Shown here: positions 1 through 12,329 of the stretch, piece after piece
Position numbering within the stretch: position 1 is the first letter of the stretch
Layout: each line of letters begins with the position of its first letter
Source of the DNA: Rhizodiscina lignyota
Taxonomy: Eukaryota
DNA length: 64,000 nucleotides
Assembly (NCBI GenBank): GCA_010015805.1
Contig: ML978122.1
Location: 2,266,453-2,330,452 of the forward strand
Reading direction: 5' to 3'
Made by a program: the position numbers and the translations under genes
Notes under the pieces: model-generated
What the model saw: the letters and a program-made list of their open reading frames with translations, nothing else
Told to the model about the DNA's origin: nothing
Databases searched by the model: none

Positions 1-1361
1 ATTGGGATTGTGTTCTGGTCTTCCGCCCTGTCCATGGCTCCACACATGTGAAATTGCTATAGTCCGCTCCGACACAGTACAGTAGTGCAGTTCCGTGTCC
101 GTAGAGACAACGCACACGGCTCGAGCTCCTTGGATATTGAGGTATGAAGCCCTGTTCCAATAAAGCCTTGCACAACGTCCTGGCCCCGGACAAAGAATAT
201 CATGAGCTGACTGATCGACGATTACAGCTCCTTTGAAGCGCTTGCAGTGCTCAGGAGACTTGCCATCGCACTGCCCACTCCCTGGCAACAGGCATCTTGC
301 AGGACGACTGCCAAAGACATCGCTAAAACGGGCGTGAAAGCGTCTGAAGTCAAACGTGACGGCCGATCGTTCCGTGCACACCAATCGAAAGGCCCAGGTG
401 CACATATAATCCGGTATGTGTTGAGTCTTTCCATGCTGAGTCCGCTCATTCGCAAATACGGCTCTTGAAATTGGTGTTCCTCGCATTGCCAAATCAGTAT
501 TCCATACAGAGATATAACCATTGTCCAAGTAAATGCGCAGGGCATTCCTGTTACACAACACCGTTATATCGTGGTTCTATGACATAAGTTTATCGACCTG
601 TTGAAGTATTGAAGTACTCACCAGAAAAAAAGCATTGTGATTCTTTGCCAAGATGACCACAGGAAGGCTTGTGCAATGAAGATGAATTGCTTATGGTTCT
701 CATCACAAGGTTCTTTTGATAGCAGGATCATCTCTTCTAGCAAGTCTGCTGTTGTATCGCCCAACCGTCGGAGTCTGCCGGGAAATGGGGCGGTTTCACT
801 TCCATCAGCTAAGATCAACGCAAGCCGCAAGATATTGGAATTGAAATCGACAGAAACAGTCAGATTTGCCCATGTTTCGTGAACTGTCGAGTTATTTGAG
901 ACCTGCTTCTTGAAGTAGTGCTTTGGTAAAGAATGTAAAGGAGTTTGGCACAATTCCAACCGAAACTCAACCGGATCGTGTGGAAGTCTTGCAAGTATTC
1001 CTTCTGCTCTCGCCACAAGTGCATCGGTCTCAGCTTCATCACGTTTCTCGACAAAAACACAACTAACGAGTTTTGTGTATACTTGGTCGAGTCCATGGAA
1101 ATGGCCTTGAGAATCTGCAGCCGCCGTGACGAGATCAGCACAATACTGCCCGATTGAGACGTATTCATCCTCAGAGGCGTGACCGATCCCACCATAGTAG
1201 ATACGTTTCCCATCCTTGTACTGCACAGACCCATGACAGTCGAGTCTAGACTTATCAGGTGATGGGGACAGGTTTGAGCTGTGGTGTTTCCAGATGCGTG
1301 TCAACCGCTTTCTTAAAGTTTCAGCATCAGATTGAGCGTAGACATCTTCTATGTACGACAT
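1..1361 (-). CDS. HET-domain (heterokaryon incompatibility-like) protein, 5' part; runs off the window start
   Basis: ATG at 1361 (MSYIEDVY), intron about 621-548 (GTGAGT...CAG). Spliced exon 2 stays open to position 1 and ends IAISHVWSHGQGGRPE, the typical start of the HET (PF06985) domain. Confidence 0.7.
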
Positions 1362-1830
1362 GTGATATATCGACTGGAAATTTGGCACTGTGCGAAGGAC
1401 ACGAGTAAAATATATGTGATGTCTTGTGGAGGGTGTATACAAAGGAAAGGAACGCAGTTACTCTATGCATAAGGGGTGAGTGGCGTTTCGGATACGATAT
1501 CCTAGAGCGCTCTAGGTAACTGGAATTCTACCGAGATTTGTCCATGAATCGCAAGAAAATGGAGAGAATTGTCGACGTCTTCCAATCGATCACAAGACTA
1601 CCGATGGTGCCTCTGAAATTCATCGAACACTAACTGCGCAGTCACTATTCGGAGCTCAAAGAGAGCCATTTCCTCTGGGAATCTGATCCTACTTGGGAAA
1701 AGCTTCTAGTCGCACAGTTCATAAGCCGAAGCCTGATTTGTATCGCGCTGCAAATTGCGATTATCTAACATACCAACCCAAGCTGAAAAGAAACATAGAA
1801 GTCAAACTTTTGGCTATTTCCCCTACTAGA

Positions 1831-3463
1831 TTATTGCATTTCGATACGTTGCTGACTCGTAAGCTCGTCATACCAACGCACTCGCTCCTGGATAATCTTG
1901 TCCAACAGCTCGACCGGGTCGTACTCCTTATAGCTCTCCTTCATCTTCTCTGCATTCTGTTTGTAGCTCGGATTCGACAGGATCTCATCTACAGAAGCCG
2001 CAACCGCGTCGGGCTCCACGGAGAGTGAATGATGGAATATACCCACTCCCGTGTATCTTGCTATCGTGCCCGTTTCGACTTTGTCTTCCAGCGCGCCGAT
2101 GAGCACCATGGGGACGCCGTTTTGCAAAGCATGTTGGACGGTTCCGTAACCGCCGCTGCTGACTAGGATGTCGACCTGGGAGAAGTGTAAGCAATCAGCT
2201 GTCACCATGGCACTGTCGAACGGCATACATAAGGTAACAGCAGATCCATCGGAATAAACGTAGTTACTTTTGCGTTCTCTGGGATGTCAAAATTCTTCTT
2301 CAAATCCTCAACCTCTCCGCTGACTAACGCGACAACGACGAGCACGTCGTCCCTGCCTCTCAAGCCGTTCATCGTTGGAACGAGCACGTTCTCCATCGAA
2401 TAATCCAAGCTGCTGCGCGAGACAGCGACGATTTTCTTGCCCTGCTTTTTCGCATCCAGCACCTCGTCCCACCAAGGCGGTAGCTCTCTCTCCCGCGCGC
2501 CGACTAACTTCGGCATGCCAATGTGATGCATATTTGGCCGGTCGTCGCTGCGCGGAAAGTCGAAGTCCCGGATACTTAGTAGGCAGAGGACGTCTGAGAG
2601 TATTTGGTTGATGCACAGGCAAGGTTTCGGTGGTGGCTGTCTTGTATCCAGACTGCTCATTGCCTCTACAGCGATCTCATACCATCCTTTAATTATTGGG
2701 TTGTCGTCAAGCTCTTGCCATGCTTTGAAGTGTATTTCTCGTGCGTTCAGACTAGTGTCTGGGAGTAGTCCTGAATTGAACGGCACTGGAACAGATCCGT
2801 GAGCATGATTTTAGATGACATCGAAATGGAGCACGTACTGGTATCGTTGCTTGGATATGCTATCGGGACCGGACTGATCGAGATCGTAGTATGCGGTCTC
2901 ACACCAGGTGCCCCAAGAAACAAAGGTGTCGAAGCACCAACAATCGTATCATGCACAAAGACAGCGCGAACATCGTTAACCTGCCTCAGGGCAGCCTGCA
3001 GCGAGCGGAAATATCGCGGGGTGGCACCCCAGATGACGCTTCCCAAGCCGAAAATTGAGAACTCTGGCGATTCTGGATCCATAGTCATCAGCTTCTCCAT
3101 TTCGGTGTCGGATAAAAAGTATCCTGGTGTAGTTGGGGAGCCCTGTAACTCCACGAAAGTTGCGCCGATTTGTTCGATTTGGTCGCGGAAAAGAGGGCCG
3201 CCTATGAAGTGCACTGGATAGCCTAGCTGGATGAGGCCATCTGCGATTGGGAGGAACTTCTCCATATGTGACCACAACGCCACGGCGGCGATGATGATTG
3301 GCGGCTTTCCATTGGTAGAGTTTGCTACGATAGAAGTGGGCCTATTACTGAGGAGACTCTGTGCCCAGTCCTGAAGTTGGCATTCAACTGAACAAAAAAA
3401 GAGCGTGAGTATGGGCAAAACTCTAAGGAAGAGGAGGTTCCGACATGATACGAAAGACAACAT
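1831..3463 (-). CDS. UDP-glycosyltransferase (GT1 family)
   Basis: Three ORF pieces joined by introns (about 2838-2786 and 2228-2176). N-terminal SHMEKFLPIADGL..GYPV; C-terminal UDP-sugar motif FIPMDLLLPY-VDILVSSGGYGTVQHALQNGVPMV...EDK. Confidence 0.85.
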
Positions 3464-3719
3464 TTTGAGGGACGTCTAAACTATTCACTGCCAAACGAAA
3501 GATAGAGAGATGAGCCCTTTTCAATATTTACTAAATGCGATCCAACTTATACAAGACGCATCTTGTCTGATCCAAAAAGTGAAATGCGGCGCGTTGCCCG
3601 ACTTAGGGACGTTACACAAAGATTCCAATTATTGAAGATGTCGTAAGAAGCTGAGAACGCAAATGATCTAGACAGTTAGAGATAGGCATCTTCAGCCACT
3701 CAGAGTCTGGGTAGAATCC

Positions 3720-3766
3720 TGCGATAACTTGCGATAACTTGCGATAACTTGCGATAACTTGCGATA
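3720..3766. repeat. Tandem 10-nt repeat (GCGATAACTT) x4.5
   Basis: Directly visible perfect tandem copies between the divergent UGT and RPB8 genes. Confidence 0.9.
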
Positions 3767-4218
3767 CAACGATTAGTGAAATGGCAATAATGCTGATATC
3801 TCTTTGCCCAAAGGACTCCCGGAGTCATAGCCTCTAGAACTTGGCCCTTTATGTATTGTACCAACTGCTAGTAGAAAGCATAGGTCAGTAAGACGGAAGG
3901 CCTGTGGCCTTGAGGGGAGGAGAAAAGAGGAAATGTTAAGCTACCGGCCGTACTCCGTAGGGCTGGATTCGGCTTGGTGGCTTGCATGCCAAGCCTTGCC
4001 CGGGCTTCTCCACAAAAAATTGCAGCTCTTGTCGATGCGACAACTGCCACCAAATTCCAGAAGCCGACACTCGCGAATTGGGGAGAGTTGTCCTGCGCCG
4101 CAACTAGAGAACAATCTACGCCCAAAAATCTTCTTGCCCACAGTCCGTATTGCGCATTGTGTGCACCGCAATCCAGCGCTCCCCTTCTTCCACCGCGACT
4201 CACTCCTCTACCGCGACC

Positions 4219-4740
4219 ATGTCGGACTCCACTCTCTTCGAATCAACCTTCCAAATCAACTCGGTCAATCCCGGCCGTTACGACCGTGTCGTACGCATCT
4301 CAGCCACCAGCTTAGAGTCCGACTCAACCTCTTCCATCACGCTCACACTCGACATAAATTCCGAGCTCTACCAGCTCACGGTTGGCGAAAAGGTCGATGT
4401 ATGTCTGGCATCAACACTGAATCTCGATGGGAGCAAAGATAGCGATCAGCGAGGCTTCAGAGACGTGAGCAGGAGTGGCCCTGCCGCGAGCTTGGACACA
4501 ACCCAGACGCTTGCGGATTCCTTCGACTACGTGATGTTTGGAAAAGTGTATAGGTTCGACGAGGGCGAGGGAGAGAACATGTGGGTAGTCTTGATATCGA
4601 TGATATCGATAATGGATATACTGATTTTATGCAGAAAGATGTATGCCAGCTTCGGAGGGCTGTTGCTCTTCATTGAGGGACCCTACAAACGACTCACACC
4701 ATTGAGGATCGACTACCTCTACCTGCTCATGAAGAAATGA
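4219..4740 (+). CDS. RPB8: RNA polymerases I/II/III shared subunit RPABC3
   Basis: MSDSTLFE...YDRVVRI...LTLDINSELY...LADSFDYVMFGKVYRF...YASFGGLLL; one intron about 4582-4634. Confidence 0.95.
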   Translation: MSDSTLFESTFQINSVNPGRYDRVVRISATSLESDSTSSITLTLDINSELYQLTVGEKVDVCLASTLNLDGSKDSDQRGFRDVSRSGPAASLDTTQTLADSFDYVMFGKVYRFDEGEGENMWVVLISMISIMDILILCRKMYASFGGLLLFIEGPYKRLTPLRIDYLYLLMKK

Positions 4741-4970
4741 TGTTGGTCATCACATATCCCGAAATAACGAACTCATCGATTCAATCGATTCGAACAAAAG
4801 ATAACTGAGCTCCCAAATGGCTGGCTACCTGAAGAGCACAGCCAGCACGGGGATGAGATTGAGCTCCGCTGAAATGGGCACCGAAATGATGAACTGGTTG
4901 GGTTAAGACGCGAGCACTCTACGTTTTGGGGTATCTAAAGCGAGGACGCTGCTTTTGTTGGTCTCTTCTT

Positions 4971-5975
4971 CTAAGCCAACGGAAACTCAAGTCGTCTATG
5001 CAACCGCGTAGTGATCTCGAGATAGTCCCTCTCGTCTTCCACAGTTATGAGACCATGTCGAATCAAGAAATCCAGTATGACTAGAGCACAATTCGGCTTG
5101 AACTCTCTCTTTCCAAGTGCTTCTCTGACCTCACTCACGCTCCAGTGATAAAACTCTTCTACCTCATCGTCATTTGGTTTCGGTACCACACTCCCATCGC
5201 TCGGCAGCTCCAGGTCATAAACGTTCTGGCACTCTGGCTGGAACAGTCCAGTCTCCCCGCCCGCCGTCGCATTCCGAATATAAAAGTACGTGACCGTGCC
5301 GCACTGCTTTGCCTTCGACCGCACAAGCTCCTCAGGTAATGAAGCCTCCTCATCACACTCCCTCACCAGACTCTCAAAGAAGCCTTCACCGGTTGCTGTC
5401 CCACCGGCCACAGTGTTGTCCAACATGCCTCCATATGTCTGCTTCGTCCTTGCTCTGCGTGGCACCCAGATCTTGTATTCGTCCTTCCCGTCTGCGCCAG
5501 TGGTTCTCGTGTACGCCGTCAAGTGCACCCCATACGTGACAATTCCAAAGAGCGGTGCAGCGCAGCGCTCCATGCTGAACAACAGCTCTTTCTTTTTACT
5601 TGCCCCTGAAGGCGGCCCGTATACCGGGTATAACTCGTTGCGCCATTTTTCCAGCACTTTAAAATGCCCCGTCATTCGCATCGCTTCCGTCGTCCGTGCT
5701 ACAACATCGCTGCGCGCTGCCTCGTTCGATCCCGAAATCAAGGTTATTGTGCGCGGGATGGACTCATCGTCAACTTCCCAGTCTGGAAGATTATGCAGGA
5801 CTGCAGCTACGTCGGGTAGGATGTAGCCAAGTGTAGTCTCTGGGTGCGCCGCAACGCGAAGGTGGTAGAGCGTGGTGGTGTAAGCATGGTAGGCTTGCGG
5901 TGAGGTCGTGGGGTGGGGAAAAGAATCACATTCGTTTATGAGGTCGAGATTGGATGCTGGTGGATTTGAAGCCAT
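4971..5975 (-). CDS. Nudix hydrolase (thiamine pyrophosphokinase-related, YJR142W/NUDT20-like)
   Basis: WRNELYPVY, ERCAAPLFGIVTYGVH, WVPRRARTKQTYGGMLDNTVAGG, Nudix box GEGFFESLVRECDEEASL, FKPNC. Confidence 0.85.
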   Translation of the reverse strand: MASNPPASNLDLINECDSFPHPTTSPQAYHAYTTTLYHLRVAAHPETTLGYILPDVAAVLHNLPDWEVDDESIPRTITLISGSNEAARSDVVARTTEAMRMTGHFKVLEKWRNELYPVYGPPSGASKKKELLFSMERCAAPLFGIVTYGVHLTAYTRTTGADGKDEYKIWVPRRARTKQTYGGMLDNTVAGGTATGEGFFESLVRECDEEASLPEELVRSKAKQCGTVTYFYIRNATAGGETGLFQPECQNVYDLELPSDGSVVPKPNDDEVEEFYHWSVSEVREALGKREFKPNCALVILDFLIRHGLITVEDERDYLEITTRLHRRLEFPLA

Positions 5976-6538
5976 TCTGAATATTCTACTCAGCTGTGAT
6001 TGGAACAATATACCGAGATAATATGTCAATTGAGTGGAGTGAGAGGTTGTGGTGATTTGAGACTCGAGGTAAGCTTCAAATTTCAGGGGTCTGGAACCCC
6101 CGCCGACGTCAGCGGGGCTTTCGGACATCAATCTTGAGCATTTTCCTATATTGTGTTTGCCTGCTGAATGGGACTAATTTGATGAAATCGTCGTTGAAGT
6201 GTTAAGATTAAGCTTAATATGTCTACGTCAATGCAAACACACTTCGTGTTTTGTTCAGGGGGTTTTAAACCGATCTTTGGGTGTTGATACAAACCAATTG
6301 CAGCAGCACAGTTCAATGTGATATGTAAGACAACTCTTTCTCCTTTAACCAATTTTTTTCATTTCTCGTTTGACAATATTATATCTCTTGCTTTATTGCC
6401 TAAGAGTTCTATTAAAGGGAAAAACAAACAGATAAATACTTCGAGAATTACAGTCTATTAAACTGAATTCGGATGTCACATATTTCCGTCATCTTTTGTC
6501 CTCCATGTCATATACTGAGCACAGAGCGTTAACCGAAT

Positions 6539-7313
6539 CTAGCGTGAATTTCCAACCGAATCAGCGCCACATTTATAGTACGCCAATGCCGCAGCAGCAG
6601 CAGCAGAGAAAGCCCACGGGATAAGTAGCCACCTCGCTATCTTCTCAACCCAACAGCGCGCTCCAAACTCAGGGAACGACACCTCCGATACGTCGGTAAG
6701 ATCGCAGCTCCATGTCTCTAGGTCGAATGTGCCGCCACTGTATTTATTATTTGGGCCCCAGCTGCCGTTGAAGCTAGAATCGTCCGCAGTATAATAAGTA
6801 TACGTAGGATCGAAGTGGGCTGACGCATTGTGGACGCCGTATATGGATCCAAGGCAGGCAATGAAGAGTATGGCCAGAATTAAAGCGAGAAGAAAGAAGC
6901 CGAGAGGAGATATGAAGTGCACCGGTAAGTCCTTCAACAGCATCAGAACGACGTGGAGTTCAGCACAAACACAAAAAGTGTTAAGAGGCCGGAAGACGTA
7001 CCAATCCAGTTCTGAATACTTTCGCTAGCCAATTAACGAATGTTACTACATATAAACCCAAAATGATTCCCGCAATGGCCACCACAAATATGTTCGGCCA
7101 ATTATAGAAGTTTAATGGGAGGACGGCAAGCTGATCTTTCGGGGAAGACCCATATTCTGGGCCCATGTATGGGATCGAACTCGTTAAAGCTCCAGAGTTT
7201 TGCGAAACATATTGGGTCGTGGAGACTTTGAGTCCAAACTCGGTGATTGTGAGGATGCAAGTCGCGGTCAGGCTGACAACAAGATAAATCTGAAGTAACT
7301 TTGTGGACATCAT
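6539..7313 (-). CDS. Hypothetical multi-pass membrane protein
   Basis: Two hydrophobic ORFs joined by a probable intron (about 7000-6944); four hydrophobic segments and a TFDLETWSC...C motif seen in fungal membrane proteins. Confidence 0.6.
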
Positions 7314-7571
7314 TCCGAGACAAATGGATAGAAGGAAAGGTTAAAGAGGTAGTTGTGAAGATTTTTGTTCATTCAAGCCCAGGGGAATATTGTACGTGAA
7401 AATACGGGGGATGAGCTGTGCCGCATGAAATCAGCCTCGGCGGATTTCACCTGCACAATATGCGGCAGTAGATGAAAGAAGAATCTCTGTAAAGAGACTT
7501 ATCGGATCGAAACAGTTCGTAATTTTTGCAGTATATCGTCCGAAATCTCGCGCGCAAGGACCAGAGCCTCG

Positions 7572-8116
7572 TCAGCGGTGTGTTACCCAGGCCTGAAAGA
7601 ACTTCAATTTGGGCACTTCCTTTTCGTTATTCTCTATTTCCACTCTTGCTGCGAAATGCGCCTGCTCATCCCTACCGTCCTTGAACTTTTCTGTCAGCAT
7701 TCCAAGCATCATGAACTCCTTACCCTCTTCGTCATGAGGGAAGAGCTTTAGAACGTCGTGCTTGGAGCTGTTAAGCCTTGCCCATCTTTTGGCGCGAGAT
7801 TGGCCGAGCTCTATCATTGGACCACATCCTGTTAGTGAAAGTATTCGAGATGTAAGGAGTCCAAGGCCAAGAATGGAAATGCGCCGAAGGGGCTTCTCTG
7901 CATACCATCCTTGCCACTGTATGTTGCCAAAGGCGTCTTGCAGACTCCATCAGGCAGGAACAGCGCTGCGATCTCCTGGCCATTTTTGTTGCTATCGTCA
8001 GTTGGAGTATCAATGAGACGGAAAAATTCATTGAGGACATCGAGATGGGAGGATGGTATTTTGGGTGACGCTGCAGCATAGACAGTGTCTGGGTAGGCAG
8101 TATAGGAAGAGCCCAT
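7572..8116 (-). CDS. Small SnoaL/NTF2-like fold protein
   Basis: Two exons (donor GTATGC about 7905). FFRLID...IAALFLPDG...HDVLKLF...FAARVEI...LKFFQAW pattern resembles SnoaL-like proteins. Confidence 0.55.
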
Positions 8117-9137
8117 CACGATGATAGTGAGGATTGAAGGTGTTTAGATAAGTTAATAGAAGTTACGAAAACGCTGATGAGAGTGAAAAGTCTGAGACTT
8201 GTTACCCGGATTAACACTTTCAAGAAATTACCTCCTAGTTCTGAGTCGGGAGACATGTCCGGCTGACATTCAGGGTCGGAGACATAACTATTTTTGAGAA
8301 ACCTACAGCTTTGAGTATAGACGAAATGACGAATATGCTTTTTTGCTAAAAGTTGACGTTCCGTAAGTAAAGTAAGATGCAAGGCCACGTTTGGTCGGCC
8401 GAATGTTCCACCACGGTGAAGACCGTCTTCCAGACACAGAAAGTGCAGGTGTTTGGAAACATAGTAATAACCATGTCATCTCCAGAACAAGCTCACCGAT
8501 TGAGCCTCAAACATGACGAATCATTTGCGCGTTCGAATGGGCAATCTGTACCTTTCGGTCAGGGTTCGCGGAAGACGGGATGGTCCTGGAAGTTAGTCAA
8601 GTTGAAGCGTATTCTTATAGGCTGCGGTAACCTATAAGCAACCGGATGCCGACTGTGTTGTCAAAAGCATACAGCAACGGAAAGAAGAAAGTGGAAGTGG
8701 GTGAGTCGGTAAGTGGTGATGAGATCTACATACATAGCTCCTCATCTTCGACACGTCGAAGGATCAGAGGGCATTCTTCGTGTCGCACAGACGCTTTTGA
8801 AATGTACAGAGCCGGGCATAGGAATCTAAGAAATTGAACTCTTAATGTTACCAAGGTAAAGAAACTCTTCTGCTGCTTGGGCTGTAGTACAGTACAACTA
8901 TTGGAGAAACCAACTCAATTCCGCTCCTCGGCTGGAACTACCCTGCCAAGCCGCCGTTGCGCATGCCTGGCGCAACCCAGTCCAGCTCCCCAACCTTGTT
9001 ACCCCAGATTTCTCACTCCAGCCTCAGGTCAGTAAATACATGCACATCATGGACGCTTCTGAGGACTACCTCCTACTTCCCGACAGATGACCCACTAGCT
9101 CCACGAAAGGCGGCATCCCGGGGCGATCATTCGCTCT

Positions 9138-11575
9138 ATGTCGTATACGATGACTCCGAAGGAGAGCGACCAGTCCTTCATCGATCGAATAGCTCGCTTC
9201 CGCACACAGCCATTAGAGTTCTTGCGAGAGATATCATTGCACGTCAGCGGCACAGGATGGCGGAGCTACGACCACATCATCGGACAGCCCGTGTTCTACC
9301 AGGGGTTTTCGGAGAAGATGAAGAACAATGTGATGGTACATCCAAACCTGCAGGCCAAGATTGCGGAACTTGCGCAGAAGCGGGTTGCGGTCGAGGACAA
9401 TGATGGCTTGTTTGGGACTGGACTTGATCACAGAGTGAAGATGGATCGTAGAAGGAGGGATATCGAGAAGAGCCTAAGAGAAGTGAGCGAGGACCTGCTG
9501 GATAAAATGATCTGCAAGATGGAGAGCAAGCGCTTTATTCGCGGGGCATACTGGCTTGTCACGCAATTGATGCTGAGGATATATAATCAAGGCATTCATG
9601 TCTCGAGCGAGGAAGTCATTCGATTACGAGAAGTGGCAGAACAAGCCGCGAAGAAGAAGCAGAGCATCATCTTTCTGCCTTGTCATCGGAGCCACATCGA
9701 CTACGTCTCGCTTCAAGTCATTTGCTACAGATTGGGCATGACTCTGCCCACAGTGGTCGCGGGAGACAACTTGAACTTTCCCGTTGTTGGACCGTTCTTG
9801 CAGCACGCAGGCGCGATGTGGATACGAAGAAGCTTCGGAGATGACCAACTCTATACGACCATTGTTCAGTCTTACATGGACACGCTACTAGCGAATGGAT
9901 TCAACGTAGAATGTTTCATCGAGGGGGGAAGATCACGGACTGGGAAACTTCTGTCGCCGAAGTTTGGTATTCTAGGGTTCTTCATGGATAGTATCTACTC
10001 GGGAAGAGTCGAAGACGCCCTAGTCTGCCCCGTGAGCACGCAGTACGACAAGGTCCTGGAAGTAGATTCGTATGTCAGCGAGCTCCTCGGCCAGCCGAAG
10101 AGAAAGGAGAATCTGGGTGATTTCCTCTCCTCTTCCTCGCTTTTGTCGCTGAAGCTAGGTCGTGTCGATGTAAGATTCCATGAGCCATGGAGCTTGCGGC
10201 AGTTCATCGATGAGCAGCATGCGAGATTCACCAAGATGCCGCCACAAATCAACGAAAGCGACGAGCACCTCGATGAAAGAGTCCGACTATTGAGGACCTT
10301 TGGATACAGGGTCTTAAAGGAGATCAATGATGTCTCTGTCGTCATGCCTACCGCGTTAATTGGCACCGTACTTCTGACTTTGAGAGGCCGAGGCGTCGGC
10401 AAGTCAGAGCTGATACGACGAGTCGAATGGCTGAGTGAACGTGTCAAGAGTAGAGGTGGTCGTGTGGCGCATCTTGCCGGTACCGAAACGTCCGTCGTCG
10501 TCGAGCGAGGTCTGCAAGTCCTTGGGCCAAATTTGGTCGGCGTGCAACAAGGCTTGGCGGAGGAGACATACTATGCAGTGGACCGATTTCAGCTCTCCTT
10601 CTATCGGAACATGACCATCCACCTGTTCGTATTGGAAGCGCTCGTTTCTGCTGGCATGTATATCAACGTCAAGCAGGGTGGCGGACCGGAGCAACAGAGG
10701 ATATCCTACGAAGACCTGAGAGCACAAGTATCTTTCCTTTCGCGCCTTTTCCGTGGCGAGTTCATCTTCCCAACAGAAGGACTAGAAGTCAATTTAAGCC
10801 AAACACTGAAGATTCTGGAGCAAGACAACGTCATCAAAGTTGTTTACACCTCGACGGACCCTACGAAGGTCGACTATGTCACGCTGAGCGACTTTGAGCG
10901 AGAGAGTGGGCGGGAGAATTACGATTTCTACTGCTTCCTGATATGGCCTTTCGTTGAGGCAAGCTGGCTCGGTGCTATTTCGCTAATGATGCTGACACCA
11001 CCGCTGGGCCGGGAGCCGGCTCGGTTGGAACTGAATAAGGTGCAAAATCAAGCACAACTTGTAAGGCAAACTTCGCTTTTATTCTTGACGTGTGTTACTA
11101 AAAGCAGCAGTTCGGAAAGACACTGTATTACCAAGGCGACCTATCGTACATCGAGGCAGTCAACAAAGAGACTCTCAAAAACGCATATCAACGCTTTGAA
11201 GACGAGGGTATCATTATCGTGACAAAGTCTCGTGACAAGAAGATTCCCGTTACAGTGCGCCTTGCGGATGAATGGACACCACCACGAGATCCCGAGTCAG
11301 GTCGACTGCTTGCGAGAGGGAAGCTTTGGGAGTTCGCAGACATGATCAGCCAGAGTCGACGAGAGGGAAAGAATAGGAGAGATGGGGCTACGGTGAAGAC
11401 GAGAGTGTTAGGCCTAGCTGATAAAGTAGGCCAGGCACTGTTTGATGATGCTGCCACAGCTGCACAGCCACCGCCGCACGAGGATAGCAAGACCGTGGAG
11501 AGGCCTGTTTCTCCAACGGCGGGTAAGGCGAAGCGGCGCCGAAGGGGAATAATGCAGAGCAGGTCGCGATTGTAG
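9138..11575 (+). CDS. Glycerol-3-phosphate/dihydroxyacetone-phosphate acyltransferase (GPAT/GNPAT family)
   Basis: PlsC motifs HRSHIDY (HxxxxD), GAMWIRR, FIEGGRSRTG; intron 11061-11110 joins the last exon. Confidence 0.9.
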
Positions 11576-12329
11576 ATACCAGGTCTAATATATATTGAAT
11601 TGACCTTCCAGAGGGGCTTTCGATTATGCCGAAGAGTACTAAAGTTCCTTATACTTATACTAGCACCCATTGGCTTCGTCAGAGATCAGCTGTTTATTGG
11701 CCCGTTCGTCTATCTATAGATTCCTAGGCCCGGCAATCATGATCGAAGGATCAATGCATAAAGTTTTCCCCATGTGCCCTCATGTCCTTACTGACAACCT
11801 TTGAAGGTCGAAAGCTTGGCGAATTCGACGTCATGCCGCAGTTTTAACCCGAACCCGAACAAGAACCCAAAGCCAAACTTGACGACGATCACACTACAAT
11901 ATGCAGTCGCTGACACAAAATTCCTCCGTGTACGACGGGAGGCGTCAGAATGGAGCCAATCTCTTGCGAAGACCACGAAGGACGGCGCGCAGCCGTCATG
12001 TTAACCTTACTCACTACTAAGAAATGTCCTACATCATGATCTTGCTTTTTTCTTGAGGCTGATGGGATCGCAGCCTTGGCTCCCATATTCTTCGAAGCGG
12101 AGTAAAGCCCAATCCGGCCATTTCGTTTAGATAGGCTGTTTTGATTCAGCTCTCCAGCAAGATGACGCAGATATTTGGAGGAAGGAATTAATATTGCACA
12201 ATCGCCCGATCACATCAATCGTTGATGAGGCTCTGCAGACGGTATGTAAGGTAATAGTCAACCGGAACGGGTTTTCTCTAACTATTATACTGTTTTGCTC
12301 TATTTCCCTTCAACTCTATTGCGGAAGCC

